This document shows positions 9,538 to 18,858 of a DNA stretch of 64,000 nucleotides, piece by piece. Every line of letters starts with the position of its first letter. The stretch's first letter is position 1. The position numbers and the translations under genes were made by a program. The notes under the pieces are model-generated. The model was given only the letters and a program-made list of their open reading frames with translations, was not told the origin of the DNA and made no database searches. Origin of the DNA: Myxococcota bacterium (GTDB lineage Bacteria > Myxococcota_A > UBA9160 > UBA6930); assembly GCA_965223415.1 (NCBI GenBank), contig OZ245002.1, positions 2,208,001 to 2,272,000 of the forward strand, given 5' to 3'.

Positions 9538-10671
9538 TTAGCGGGCGAGCCCGGCGGCCAGCTCCAGTGTGGCGGCGGCGGCCCGGGCAGGATCGTGCCG
9601 GCTCTCGAGCGCAGCGCGGGCGCCGGCACCGAGGCGAGCGCAGCGCTCCGGATCGGTCCACAGGTCGCGGAGTGCCGCCGCCAGGTCGAGGCCGTCGGCG
9701 CCTGCGGGCAGGAGCCAGGCCGCGGTGCCGTGGCGCAGCGTGTCCGCGACGCCTTCGACGGCGACGATCGGCCGCGCCGCCTCCATGGCCTGGAGCAGCT
9801 TGATCGGGAAGCCGCCCCGTGCGCGGCGCGGCACCACCACCAGCCGCGCCGCGAAGACCAGTCGCCGCAGCACCTCCGGGCTCGTCGTCTCGACGACGCG
9901 CAGGTGTCGCAGCGAGGGGCCCCGTCCGTCGTGGGCGACGGCCACGACGGGGCCGGCCGTGAAGCGTTCGGCCGCGGCGTCGAGGAGCGGGAGGTTCTGG
10001 TACCCGTCCAGGTTGCCGGGATACAGCACGAAGCCCTCGCGCTCGAGGCCGAGGGAGGCGCAGGCGGAGCGGATCTCCGCCTCCGTCGGCGCTGCCGCGA
10101 TCTCGCAGCCCGGTGGAACGTGCAACACCGGGCCCCGGGCGAACGGCGCGAGCCGTGCCTGCGCCTCGCCGCTGAGCGTGACGACGGCGTCGGCCCGGGC
10201 AGCGAGGCTCCGGTCGATGCGGCGCCCGAGGGCGCGCGGCCCGGCTCCCGCGCTCCGTGACAGGTAGCTCCCCAGCTCTTCCTCCCAGAGCGTGTGCGCC
10301 ACGTACACCACCGGGCGCTCCAGCCAACGGCGCACGGAGAGCGCGGCCCCGGCGGCCTCGGCGTTGTGGGCGAGCAGCGCGTCGAAGGGCTCGGCGCGAT
10401 GGGTCCCCAACAGCCGGGCGGCCAGGGCGGCATCGGCGACGAGCTTCCCCGCGTGAAACCCCGAGCGCAGGCCGCGCGGCGAGAGCCGGGCGGGCACCCG
10501 AACGATCGGCAGGTCCGGAGGGCGCCGTCCGTCCCCGGCGCCGTAGGCCACGACGCGGACGAGGGCGCCCGCCTCCTGGAGCCCTCGTGCCTGCTGCAGG
10601 ACGAAGCGCTGGGAGCCCTGGGCCGACGGGAAGGGCGCCGCCAGCACGAGTGCGAGCCGGGCTGCGCTCAG
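9538..10671 (-). CDS. Glycosyltransferase family 4 protein
   Basis: AAPFP..QGSQ, LLAHNAEA, YPGNLDGYQNL, GFPIKLLQAMEAARPIVA. Probable CTG start overlapping the GT2 stop. Confidence 0.82.
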   Translation of the reverse strand: MSAARLALVLAAPFPSAQGSQRFVLQQARGLQEAGALVRVVAYGAGDGRRPPDLPIVRVPARLSPRGLRSGFHAGKLVADAALAARLLGTHRAEPFDALLAHNAEAAGAALSVRRWLERPVVYVAHTLWEEELGSYLSRSAGAGPRALGRRIDRSLAARADAVVTLSGEAQARLAPFARGPVLHVPPGCEIAAAPTEAEIRSACASLGLEREGFVLYPGNLDGYQNLPLLDAAAERFTAGPVVAVAHDGRGPSLRHLRVVETTSPEVLRRLVFAARLVVVPRRARGGFPIKLLQAMEAARPIVAVEGVADTLRHGTAAWLLPAGADGLDLAAALRDLWTDPERCARLGAGARAALESRHDPARAAAATLELAAGLAR

Positions 10672-11405
10672 GGCTCGGTCCGCGCCCGCGCCCGCGGTGC
10701 CGCGTCGGCGCGCAGCTCGCGGAACAGGGTCGCCAGCTCCACCGCCGCCCGCCACAGCACGCGCGGACGGGCGCCGGACTGCCGCCCGTGCCGGCGCGGC
10801 CGATGGGTTACCGGCACCTGATGGATGCGGAAGCCGGCGTGGCGCGCGCGCACGAGGATTTCGGTGTTCACGAAGGCGCCGATCGAGGCGATCGGAATGG
10901 CGTCGATCACCTCGCGACGGAAGAGCTTGAAGGCGCAATCGATGTCGCGCACCGGCAGCGCGAAGAGCGCGCGCACCAGCAGGCCCCATCCCCAGGCGAG
11001 CACGCGGCGCCCCCAGGGATCGCGCCGGGGCGCGCGCACGCCGGCGACGATGTCGAACTCGTCCCGGTGGTCGAGCAGGCGGTGGAGCTCGCGGAGCTCG
11101 AACTGGAGATCGGCGTCGCTGAAGAACACCCAGCGTCCGCGCGCGGCGCGCAGTCCGGAACGCAGCGCGGCGCCGTAGCCCCGATTCGACGGATGGGTGA
11201 CGAGGCGGATCTCCGGATGCTCCTCCTCCATCGAGAGGACGAGGCGCCGGCTCGCGTCGCTGCTGCCGTCGTCGACCACGACGATCTCGAAGCCGCCCGG
11301 CAGCTCGTGTCCGAGTGCGAGCGCCGAGCGCAGGAGCGTCTCGACGTTCTCCTGCTCGTTCCACACCGGGAACACCAGGGAGAGCTCGGGCACCGGCCGC
11401 GCCAT
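10668..11405 (-). CDS. Glycosyltransferase family 2 protein (DPM1-like)
   Basis: LSLVFPVWNE, VVDDGSSD, NRGYGAALRSG, FSDADLQF, DIDCAFKL. Confidence 0.93.
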   Translation of the reverse strand: MARPVPELSLVFPVWNEQENVETLLRSALALGHELPGGFEIVVVDDGSSDASRRLVLSMEEEHPEIRLVTHPSNRGYGAALRSGLRAARGRWVFFSDADLQFELRELHRLLDHRDEFDIVAGVRAPRRDPWGRRVLAWGWGLLVRALFALPVRDIDCAFKLFRREVIDAIPIASIGAFVNTEILVRARHAGFRIHQVPVTHRPRRHGRQSGARPRVLWRAAVELATLFRELRADAAPRARARTEP

Positions 11406-11428
11406 GTTCCCAGCCTACCCCCGCGCCT

Positions 11429-13063
11429 TCAATCCAGGTAGCCGAGCTTGCGGAGCCGCGCGGCGACGATGGCGTCCTCCTCGTCGCTGTAGGCGCGGGG
11501 CTCCCGATCCGCGGGCGCACCCGTGGCGTCCGCGTCGAGGCCGAGAGCACGCAGCAGCGCCCCGGCCACCTCGGGCATGGCGGCGGGAACGCCCAGCCGG
11601 GGCGGTGCGATCCAGAGGCCGTCCGGATGATGGATGCCGTTCATCCCGCGCCCTCGCCCCCCGGCGAGCTCGTGGTCCTCGAGGCGCCGCAGCGCCGGCG
11701 AGCCGTCACGCCACGGTGTCGGCACGAGGGAGAGGCCGTAGCCGCGATCCGAGCCCAGCTCGACCACGACGTCCGGGGCGCGCTCCACGAACGGGCCGCG
11801 GTACACCTCTTCGCGGGGACGCGCGCGGGCCACCACCGGCTCGCCGCTCGGGAGCTTCCAGTCGAGGAGCGCGTCGATCACGTCCCGCCGCGCGCGCTCC
11901 GCGTCGGCGGCGGCGACGGAGCCGGCCTGCTCGCGGCCGCGCAGGTTGAGCCACACTCCGGGCTGGGTGTTTGCCTCTTCGGAGAAGGCCGCCGTCCGCG
12001 CCCAGTCGAAGCCGCCGAAGCGCGCTGCGCTCTCGAGGCGGGCCGCCGCGGGGCGCGCCCGGCGGAAGATCGCCTGGGCCGCGCGCGGCGGCAGCAGACG
12101 GAGTGCGACGTCCCGCGCACCGCGGGCGAGCCGCTCGATCCCCGCGCCGCCGGGCGAGCGGGCGAGCAGGCCGCAGCTCTCCAGGTGGCGGTTCAGGTGC
12201 ACGACACGCCGAGCGGCGCCGCGGGCTCCGTGATCCGACACGACGGCCACCACCGCGTCGCACCCCACGGCCTGGTGGAGCTCGGCGCAGGCCGCGTCGA
12301 GGGCCTCGTACACCGCGGCGACCGCGCCGCGTCGCTCGGCGCCAGCCCCCGGATCGTGACGCGGCGAGGCCTCGTCGTGGTCCCGCCAGTAGTGGTGGGC
12401 GACGGTGTCGCTCTCGGAGAACACTACGTTGACCAGCCGCGGCGGCTCTCCCTGCGCCCGCAGCTGGCGCAGCGCCTCCAGGGCGAAATCGGTCTTGCGG
12501 CGCACCCGGTCCAGCAGCACCTCGACGGCCCGCTCGTGCCAGGCGCCCTCGTCCGGCTCGGCTCCTTCGTCGAGGTCGGGGCGCATCCAGGGGCCGACCC
12601 GTGCGGCGACGGCGCGGTAGAGCCCGGGGTCGCTGGCCGACGTGCCGTCGCTACCGGTCGAGACCGGCGCGTCGAAGCCGCAGACGAGCAGCCCCTTCAC
12701 GGGCTCCGGCGGGAAGGTGGCCGGCATGCCCAGGGCGAGCACCGCATCGTCCGCGTCGCTCACCCGGCGGTAGAGGCTCGTGCCGTGCCGGTGTGTCGCG
12801 TTCGTGAAACGCAGCTGGTAGCGGCCCGGGAGCTTCTGGGTGAAGTCGAACATCCCGTGCTCGCCCGGCGTGAGCCCGGTGAGGAAGCTGCTCCAGGACG
12901 GGAACGTCATCGGCGGCACGGTGCTGGGGAGCGGCGCGGCCGTGCCCTCGTCCATCCAGCGGGCCAGGTGCGGCAGGCGGCCCTCCGCGACGAGAGGCCG
13001 GACGACGTCGAGGGTGGCCCCGTCGAGGCCGAGCACCAGGACCGGGCGGGGGGCTTCGCTCAT
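11429..13063 (-). CDS. Alkaline phosphatase superfamily protein (nucleotide pyrophosphatase/phosphodiesterase-like)
   Basis: LGLDGAT, STVPPMTFPSWSSFLTG..PGEHGMFDF, SDTVAHHYW, VVSDHG, GIHHPDG. Confidence 0.9.
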   Translation of the reverse strand: MSEAPRPVLVLGLDGATLDVVRPLVAEGRLPHLARWMDEGTAAPLPSTVPPMTFPSWSSFLTGLTPGEHGMFDFTQKLPGRYQLRFTNATHRHGTSLYRRVSDADDAVLALGMPATFPPEPVKGLLVCGFDAPVSTGSDGTSASDPGLYRAVAARVGPWMRPDLDEGAEPDEGAWHERAVEVLLDRVRRKTDFALEALRQLRAQGEPPRLVNVVFSESDTVAHHYWRDHDEASPRHDPGAGAERRGAVAAVYEALDAACAELHQAVGCDAVVAVVSDHGARGAARRVVHLNRHLESCGLLARSPGGAGIERLARGARDVALRLLPPRAAQAIFRRARPAAARLESAARFGGFDWARTAAFSEEANTQPGVWLNLRGREQAGSVAAADAERARRDVIDALLDWKLPSGEPVVARARPREEVYRGPFVERAPDVVVELGSDRGYGLSLVPTPWRDGSPALRRLEDHELAGGRGRGMNGIHHPDGLWIAPPRLGVPAAMPEVAGALLRALGLDADATGAPADREPRAYSDEEDAIVAARLRKLGYLD

Positions 13064-13070
13064 CCGGGGC

Positions 13071-14111
13071 CTACTCGGCTGGCCCGCCGTCGAGACACTC
13101 GATCACGGCGCGGGTGAGCTCGTCGGTGCCGGCGTGCCCACCCAGATCGCCGGTGTGGTTCCCCGGCTCCGCCAGCGCCTGGAAGACGGCTCGCTCGATC
13201 GCCGCGGCGGCGGCGTTCTCCCCGAGGTAGCGCAGCATCATCACCGCCGAGAGGATGACCGCGGTGGGGTTCGCGAGCCGCTTTCCCGCGATGTCCGGCG
13301 CGCTCCCGTGCACCGCCTCGAAGACGGCGCAGTCCTTGCCGATGTTCGCGCCCGGCACGACGCCGAGCCCGCCGACCAGGCCCGCGCACAGATCCGAGAG
13401 GATGTCGCCGTAGAGGTTCTCGAGCAGCAGCACGTCGAAGCGGGTCGGGTCCTTCACGAGCTGCATGGCGCAGTTGTCGATGATGATCTCGCGGTAGGCC
13501 ACGTCCGGGTGGCGCTTCGCCACGCGCCGCGCGCACTCGAGGAAGAGCCCGTCGGACAGCTTCATGATGTTGGCCTTGTGGACCGCGCACACCTCGCGGC
13601 GGCCCTCCCGCTCGGCCAGCTGGAAGGCGTGCTCGGCGATGCGCAGGGACGCGGCCTCGGTCACGACCTTCAGGCTCTCGACGATGCCCGGCGCCACGCG
13701 ATGCTCGAGGCCCGAGTAGAGCCCCTCGGTGTTCTCGCGGACGACCACCAGGTCGACCCCGTCGAAGCGGCTCGGCGCGCCGGGCACGTCCTTCACCGGC
13801 CGCACCGAGGCGAACAGCTCCAGGGATTGGCGCAGCGTGACGTTGGCGCTGCGGAAGCCGCCGCCCACCGGGGTGCCGATCGGGCCCTTGAGGGCCACCC
13901 GGTTGCGGCGGATCGAATCGAGGACCGCGTCCGGGACCGGCGTGCCGTACTTCTGGACGACCTCGGCGCCGGCCTCGACCGGCTCCCAGTCGATTCGGAC
14001 CCCGGCGGCCTCGAGCACCTGGAGGGCCGCTCCCGTGACCTCCGGGCCGATCCCGTCCCCCTGGATCAGGGTCACCTGATGGGCCTTGGCCCCGCTGGCT
14101 GTGGTCGACAC
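13071..14111 (-). CDS. Isocitrate/isopropylmalate dehydrogenase family protein (NAD-IDH-like)
   Basis: GDGIGPEV, ALKGP, RENTEGLY, VHKANIMK, ENLYGDILSDL, FEAVHGSAPDIAG. Confidence 0.92.
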   Translation of the reverse strand: MSTTASGAKAHQVTLIQGDGIGPEVTGAALQVLEAAGVRIDWEPVEAGAEVVQKYGTPVPDAVLDSIRRNRVALKGPIGTPVGGGFRSANVTLRQSLELFASVRPVKDVPGAPSRFDGVDLVVVRENTEGLYSGLEHRVAPGIVESLKVVTEAASLRIAEHAFQLAEREGRREVCAVHKANIMKLSDGLFLECARRVAKRHPDVAYREIIIDNCAMQLVKDPTRFDVLLLENLYGDILSDLCAGLVGGLGVVPGANIGKDCAVFEAVHGSAPDIAGKRLANPTAVILSAVMMLRYLGENAAAAAIERAVFQALAEPGNHTGDLGGHAGTDELTRAVIECLDGGPAE

Positions 14112-14170
14112 GGCCCTGGCTTCCTCCTATGATCCGCCGCTTCCGTCCAGTTCCGCCCAGGAGAGGGAAC

Positions 14171-14812
14171 GTGGCTATCGAGCTTCTGTGCCGCAAGATC
14201 GGCATGACGAGGGTCTTCACTGAGAGCGGGGAGTGCATCCCCGTGACCGTCCTCGAGGCCGGCCCCAATACGGTCGTGCAGAAGAAGACGCCGGAGAGGG
14301 ACGGCTACTCCGCCCTCCAGCTCGGCTTCGGCGAGCGCCGCCGGGTGACCCTGCAGAAGCCGCGCCAGGGTCACTTCGAGAAGGCCGGCGTGGCGCCCCG
14401 GCGCTTCCTGAAGGAGTGCCGCGTCTCCGAGGAGGAGCTGGGGAAGTTCGACGTCGGCGCCGAGATCAAGGCCGACGTCTTCGAGGCCGGCCAGAAGGTG
14501 GACGTGATCGGCACCAGCAAGGGCCGGGGCACCGCCGGCACCGTCAAGCGCCACCACTACAAGATCAAGCGCCGGACCCACGGCACCCACGAGGGCGAGC
14601 GCCGCCCCGGCGCCATCGGCGCCGGCGCCTACCCCGGCAAGGTCATCAAGGGCCAGGGCATGTACGGCCGCATGGGCGCCGAAAGGACCACCACCCGCAA
14701 CGTGGAGGTCGTCCAGGTCGACAGCGACAAGAACCTCCTCCTCGTCCGCGGCGGCGTCCCCGGCCACAACAACGCCCTCGTCCGCCTCCGCCCCGCCACC
14801 GCCCCCAAGTAG
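14171..14812 (+). CDS. rplC: 50S ribosomal protein L3
   Basis: KIGMTRVF, PVTVLEAGP, DGYSALQLGF, VDVIGTSKGRG, THG, PGAIG, LLVRGGVPG. GTG start after GAGAGGG. Confidence 0.95.
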   Translation: MAIELLCRKIGMTRVFTESGECIPVTVLEAGPNTVVQKKTPERDGYSALQLGFGERRRVTLQKPRQGHFEKAGVAPRRFLKECRVSEEELGKFDVGAEIKADVFEAGQKVDVIGTSKGRGTAGTVKRHHYKIKRRTHGTHEGERRPGAIGAGAYPGKVIKGQGMYGRMGAERTTTRNVEVVQVDSDKNLLLVRGGVPGHNNALVRLRPATAPK

Positions 14813-14815
14813 AAC

Positions 14816-14849
14816 GCTAAGCAAGGGGCCGGCTCCGTTTGTTAAGTTG
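14816..14849 (+). repeat. Intergenic repeat, copy 1 of the AGGGGCCGGYTCCGWTT family
   Basis: GCTAAGCA-AGGGGCCGGCTCCGTTT-GTTAAGTT-G; the core matches copies at about 30323 and 63291. Confidence 0.7.
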
Positions 14850-14867
14850 CGGCCCCGCGGGGTCGCC

Positions 14868-15467
14868 ATGGCGGAGTACGAGCGGAAGGACAGCTACCAC
14901 CAGCGGGCGAAGCGCGAGGGGTACCGCTCGCGGGCGGCGTACAAGCTGCTCGAGCTGCAGGAGACCCACGGCTTCCTGCGGAAGGGGCAGCGGGCAGTGG
15001 ATCTCGGGTGCTGGCCCGGGGGGTGGCTCCAGGTCGCGTCGGATCTCGTCGGGCCCGATGGGCGCGTGGTCGGGGTCGATCTCGCCGAGATCGATCCGCC
15101 CCTGAAGCTTGCGAACGTGTTCGCAATCGTCGGGGATCTGACGGAGGCCTCCGTTCTGAATGGGGTTCTCGCGAAGCTCGGCGGGCTCGCCGACGTCCTG
15201 CTGTCCGACGCGGCGCCGAAGCTCACCGGGGTGCGCGCTGCCGATCGGGCCAAGGAGGAGGCGCTGCTGGAGGGGGTCGAAGCCGCGCTCCCGGCCCTGC
15301 TCGCGGCGGACGGGAGCTTGCTGGTGAAGCTCCTGGACTGCCCGGAGGCCCAGGCCTTCCAAACGCGAATGCGTTCGCAATTCCGTAAGGTCCGCGTCGT
15401 CAAGCCGAAGGCCAGCCGCAAGGGCACCACCGAGAAGTACCTGCTCGCCGCCGGCCGACAGGCCTAG
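14868..15467 (+). CDS. rlmE: 23S rRNA Um2552 methyltransferase RlmE (FtsJ)
   Basis: AKREGYRSRAAYKL, VDLGCWPGGWLQ, LSDAAP, LVKL, KPKASR...E; K-D-K-E tetrad present. Confidence 0.92.
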   Translation: MAEYERKDSYHQRAKREGYRSRAAYKLLELQETHGFLRKGQRAVDLGCWPGGWLQVASDLVGPDGRVVGVDLAEIDPPLKLANVFAIVGDLTEASVLNGVLAKLGGLADVLLSDAAPKLTGVRAADRAKEEALLEGVEAALPALLAADGSLLVKLLDCPEAQAFQTRMRSQFRKVRVVKPKASRKGTTEKYLLAAGRQA

Positions 15468-16831
15468 CCGAGCGCTTCCGCCTCCAGGTCCACGCCGTCC
15501 CGCACGCCCGTGATGCGCGCCCGCACCATGGCCCCGGGCTCGAGCCGAGCTCGGCCGCGCAGGAAGGTCACGCCGTCGATCTCCGGCGCCTGGCTCGCCA
15601 GCCGGGCCACCGCGAATTCCCGCGGGCCGGGCCCGTCCACCAAGGCGGTCTGCTCGTTGCCGACCAGGGTCTCCGCACGCTCGGCCATCAGCTCGGCCAG
15701 CACCCGCGTGAGCTCCCGGTAGCGCTCGCGGGCCAGCTCGCGCGGCACTTTGTTGCCCAGCTCGAAGCCCGCCGTGCCCTCCTCGTCGGAGTAGCGGAAC
15801 ACACCCACCCGATCGAAGGCGGTCTCGCGCACCCAGGCCAGCAGCGCCTCGAAGTCCGCGTCCGTCTCGCCGGGGAAGCCGACGATGTAGGTCGTCCGCA
15901 TCGTGGCGTGGGGGATCGTCTCGCGCACCCGCTCGACGAGGCGCCGCTGCCGCTCCGCCGTCGTGCCCCGGCGCATGGCCTGCAGCAGCCGGTCGCTGGC
16001 GTGCTGGAGCGGCATGTCGACGTACGGGAGCACGCGCTTGCCCGTGGCGAGCACCTCGAGCAGCGCGTCGTCCACGGTCGTCGGGTAGATGTACAGGAGC
16101 CGCACCCAGTCGAGGCCGTCCACCTCGTCGAGCCCGCGCAGCAGCTCGGCGATGCGCGGCCGCCCGCCGCCCTCGCCGATCGGCCCGAGGTCCTTCCCCC
16201 AGGCGGTCGAGTCCTGGGCCACCAGGTTGATCTCGCGCACGCCCGCCCCCGCGAGCTGCCGTGCCTCGGCCAGCACCGAGTCGAGCTGGCGGCTCTGGAA
16301 GCGCCCGCGAATTCCGGGGATCGCGCAGAACGCGCACACCCGGTCGCAGCCCTCGGCGATCTTCACGTAGGCCGAGTGACCCTGACCCGAGAGCACCCGC
16401 GGCGCTTCGTGGTCGTAGAGATGGGTGTGCCCCGGCTCCACGTAGAGGCCCCGCCCGCGGCCGGCCAGGGCGTCGTCCAGGATCGACGCGATCTCCTGGT
16501 AGTGGGAGGTGCCGACGAAGGCGTCCACCTCGGGCAGCTCCTTCGCCAGCTCGGCGCCGTAGCGTTGAGGGAGGCAGCCGGACACCACCAACGCGCGCAG
16601 CGCACCTTCCTCGCGCAGGTCCGCCACGTCGAGGATCGCCTGGACCGACTCCTCCCGGGCGCTCTCGATGAACGAGCAGGTGTTCACCACCGCGACGTCC
16701 GCCGCCTCGAGCTCCTCCGCCAGGGCGTAGCCGGCCGTCGCCAGGCTGCCGAGCATCACCTCCGTGTCCAGGAGGTTCTTCGGGCATCCCAGCGAGTGGA
16801 AGTACACCGTGGCCTTGGGGGCGTCCCGCAT
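15464..16831 (-). CDS. rimO: Ribosomal protein S12 methylthiotransferase RimO
   Basis: SLGCPKN, VNTCSFIESAREES, AYVKIAEGCDRVCAFCAIP, IVGFPGET, QAPEIDG. Confidence 0.95.
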   Translation of the reverse strand: MRDAPKATVYFHSLGCPKNLLDTEVMLGSLATAGYALAEELEAADVAVVNTCSFIESAREESVQAILDVADLREEGALRALVVSGCLPQRYGAELAKELPEVDAFVGTSHYQEIASILDDALAGRGRGLYVEPGHTHLYDHEAPRVLSGQGHSAYVKIAEGCDRVCAFCAIPGIRGRFQSRQLDSVLAEARQLAGAGVREINLVAQDSTAWGKDLGPIGEGGGRPRIAELLRGLDEVDGLDWVRLLYIYPTTVDDALLEVLATGKRVLPYVDMPLQHASDRLLQAMRRGTTAERQRRLVERVRETIPHATMRTTYIVGFPGETDADFEALLAWVRETAFDRVGVFRYSDEEGTAGFELGNKVPRELARERYRELTRVLAELMAERAETLVGNEQTALVDGPGPREFAVARLASQAPEIDGVTFLRGRARLEPGAMVRARITGVRDGVDLEAEALG

Positions 16832-16902
16832 GAGGGGCAGGAGCGTACCAGGGCCCGTATGATCCTCCCTCCCCCGCAACCCTGACGCTTCCGGAGGCTC
16901 CC

Positions 16903-17385
16903 GTGTCCGATCGTCCCTTCCAGGTTCTCGGCATCCAGCAGATCGCCGTCGGCGGGCTCGACAAGCTCGCCCTGCGCAGGCTGTGGGTGGACACCCTGGG
17001 TCTGACCCTCCACGGGGACTTCCAGAGCGAGAGCGAGAACGTCGACGAGGACATCGCCGTCTGCGGGCGCGGGCCCCTCAAGGTGGAGGTGGACCTGATG
17101 CAGCCCCTCGACCCGGACAAGCGGCCGAAGGTGCACGAGCCAGCCCTCAACCACGTGGGCCTGTGGATCGACGACCTGCACGCCGCCGTCGCGTGGCTCG
17201 AGGGGAAGGGCATGCGCTTCACGCCCGGCGGCATCCGCCGGGGCGCCTCGGGTCACGACGTGTGCTTCATCCACCCGAAGGGGAGCGAGGCAGCGCCGAT
17301 CGGTGGCGAAGGCGTGCTGATCGAGCTGGTGCAGGCGCCGCCCGAGGTGGTAACGGCGTTCGAGACGATCGCCGCCGCGAGCTAG
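16903..17385 (+). CDS. VOC family protein (methylmalonyl-CoA epimerase/glyoxalase-like)
   Basis: [47 protein letters not shown]. Confidence 0.88.
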   Translation: MSDRPFQVLGIQQIAVGGLDKLALRRLWVDTLGLTLHGDFQSESENVDEDIAVCGRGPLKVEVDLMQPLDPDKRPKVHEPALNHVGLWIDDLHAAVAWLEGKGMRFTPGGIRRGASGHDVCFIHPKGSEAAPIGGEGVLIELVQAPPEVVTAFETIAAAS

Positions 17386-17387
17386 GC

Positions 17388-18824
17388 GTGGTGCGCCTGC
17401 GCGCCGCTGGGCTGGTGGTCTGTGTGGCGGCGCTCGCCTGCGCCGAACCCCCGGCACCGGCGCGGGTGGCCGCCGGACGGGAGAGCTCGCTCCTGGAGGC
17501 GCTGGTCTCCGGCGACGACGCGACCCAGGAAGCCGCCCTGGCCGAGATCGAAGCCGCCGGCGACGCCCGTTTCGTGGCACCGCTCATCGAGCTGGTGCGC
17601 GCGGGCCAGCTCGGCATCGGCGGGCGCAACGCCTACAACCAGCGCATCGTCACCCTCGAGCGGCTCTCGGGGGAGTCCCTGGGCGGCGACTGGTTCGGCT
17701 GGTCCGAGTGGTTCGGCGGCACCGATCTCGAGGAGCCTCCCGGCTTCACCGGATGGAAAGGGCGCCTGCTCGCGCCCCTCGAGCCTCGTTATGCGGAGAT
17801 CCTGACGGACGAGACCAGGGCGGCGATCCGGGTCGCGGAGATCGACTGGGGCGGCGTCCCCCTCGACGGCATTCCGCCTCTCGAGGATCCCGCCCACGTC
17901 CCGGCCGGCGAGGCGGATCACATGACCGACGGCGAGCCCGTCTTCGGTGTCAGCGCGGGCGGCGCCCACCGCGCCTATCCCCTGCGCATCCTCGACTGGC
18001 ACGAACTTGCGAACGACACCCTGGGCGGCGTCCCGCTCTCGCTCGCGTACTGCACCCTGTGCGGCTCGGGCATCGCCTACGACGGGCGGGTCCCGGGCCT
18101 GGGCGAGCCGCTGCGCTTCGGGACGAGCGGGCTCCTGCACCGCAGCAACAAGCTGATGTACGACCGGGCCACCACGACCCTCTGGAACCAGCTCACCGGT
18201 CGCCCGGTGCTGGGCGAGCTGGTGGGGCGCGAAGGCCTCGAGCTGGCGCTTCTCCCCGCCGTCGTCATCACCTGGGGAGAGTGGAAGCTGCGCCACCCGG
18301 ACACGACGGTGCTCACCCTCGACACGGGGCACCGTCGTCCCTACCGGCTGGGCGAGCCCTACGGCGGCTACTTCGCCTCCCGGGACAAGCTCTTCCCGGT
18401 GCACGAGGCCCGCGAGGAGCTCGCCAGCAAGGAGCGCATCTTCGGCCTTGTCGTGGAAGGCCGCGCCAAGGCCTGGCCGGTGACGAAGCTCGTCGAGACC
18501 CAGGTGACGAACGCCGTGCTCGGTGAGCGCCGGCTCCTGCTCGTCGCGAACAGCGGCCGCATCGAGGTCGAGGGCTACAACCAGCGCGCGGGCCCGGTGC
18601 GCTACGACGCCGGTGCCGCCGTCCGCGCCTACGACGCTCCGTCCGACGGCTTCCGCCTGGGCCCCGACGAAGAGAGCCTCGTCGACGCCGAAGGCCGGCG
18701 CTGGACCCTCACCGAGGACGCCCTCGTCGGCCCGGGCAGCCAGCGCGCCTCCCGCCGCCCCGGCACGCTCGCCTACTGGTTCGCCTGGCAAGCCTTCCAT
18801 CCCACCACCGAGCTCGCCGATTGA
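17388..18824 (+). CDS. DUF3179 domain-containing putative lipoprotein
   Basis: Lipobox-like ALAC; GGVPLDGIPPL, RAYPLRILDWHELAND, YCTLCGSG, FGTSGLLHRSNKLMYDR, YWFAWQAFHP. Confidence 0.82.
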   Translation: MVRLRAAGLVVCVAALACAEPPAPARVAAGRESSLLEALVSGDDATQEAALAEIEAAGDARFVAPLIELVRAGQLGIGGRNAYNQRIVTLERLSGESLGGDWFGWSEWFGGTDLEEPPGFTGWKGRLLAPLEPRYAEILTDETRAAIRVAEIDWGGVPLDGIPPLEDPAHVPAGEADHMTDGEPVFGVSAGGAHRAYPLRILDWHELANDTLGGVPLSLAYCTLCGSGIAYDGRVPGLGEPLRFGTSGLLHRSNKLMYDRATTTLWNQLTGRPVLGELVGREGLELALLPAVVITWGEWKLRHPDTTVLTLDTGHRRPYRLGEPYGGYFASRDKLFPVHEAREELASKERIFGLVVEGRAKAWPVTKLVETQVTNAVLGERRLLLVANSGRIEVEGYNQRAGPVRYDAGAAVRAYDAPSDGFRLGPDEESLVDAEGRRWTLTEDALVGPGSQRASRRPGTLAYWFAWQAFHPTTELAD

Positions 18825-18858
18825 GAAGCGGGGCCGTTTCTCGACTATGCTGTCGGCC

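Noticed and set aside
5924..10327. Apparent 1467-aa Mfd with long N-terminal extension
   Set aside because: The extension is an off-frame read of the GT4 gene; Mfd-like sequence begins near 9440-9480.
5727..10433. 1568-aa minus-strand and 1197-aa plus-strand ORFs over mfd
   Set aside because: Alternative-frame and antisense shadows with no recognisable domains.
17388..18824. DUF3179 protein as a selenoprotein
   Set aside because: The CxxC motif is encoded by TGC codons and there is no in-frame TGA.
18823..18842. Hairpin GAGAAGCGG-GG-CCGTTTCTC after the DUF3179 gene
   Set aside because: No U-tract and only weak similarity to the repeat core; cannot be called a terminator or a repeat copy.
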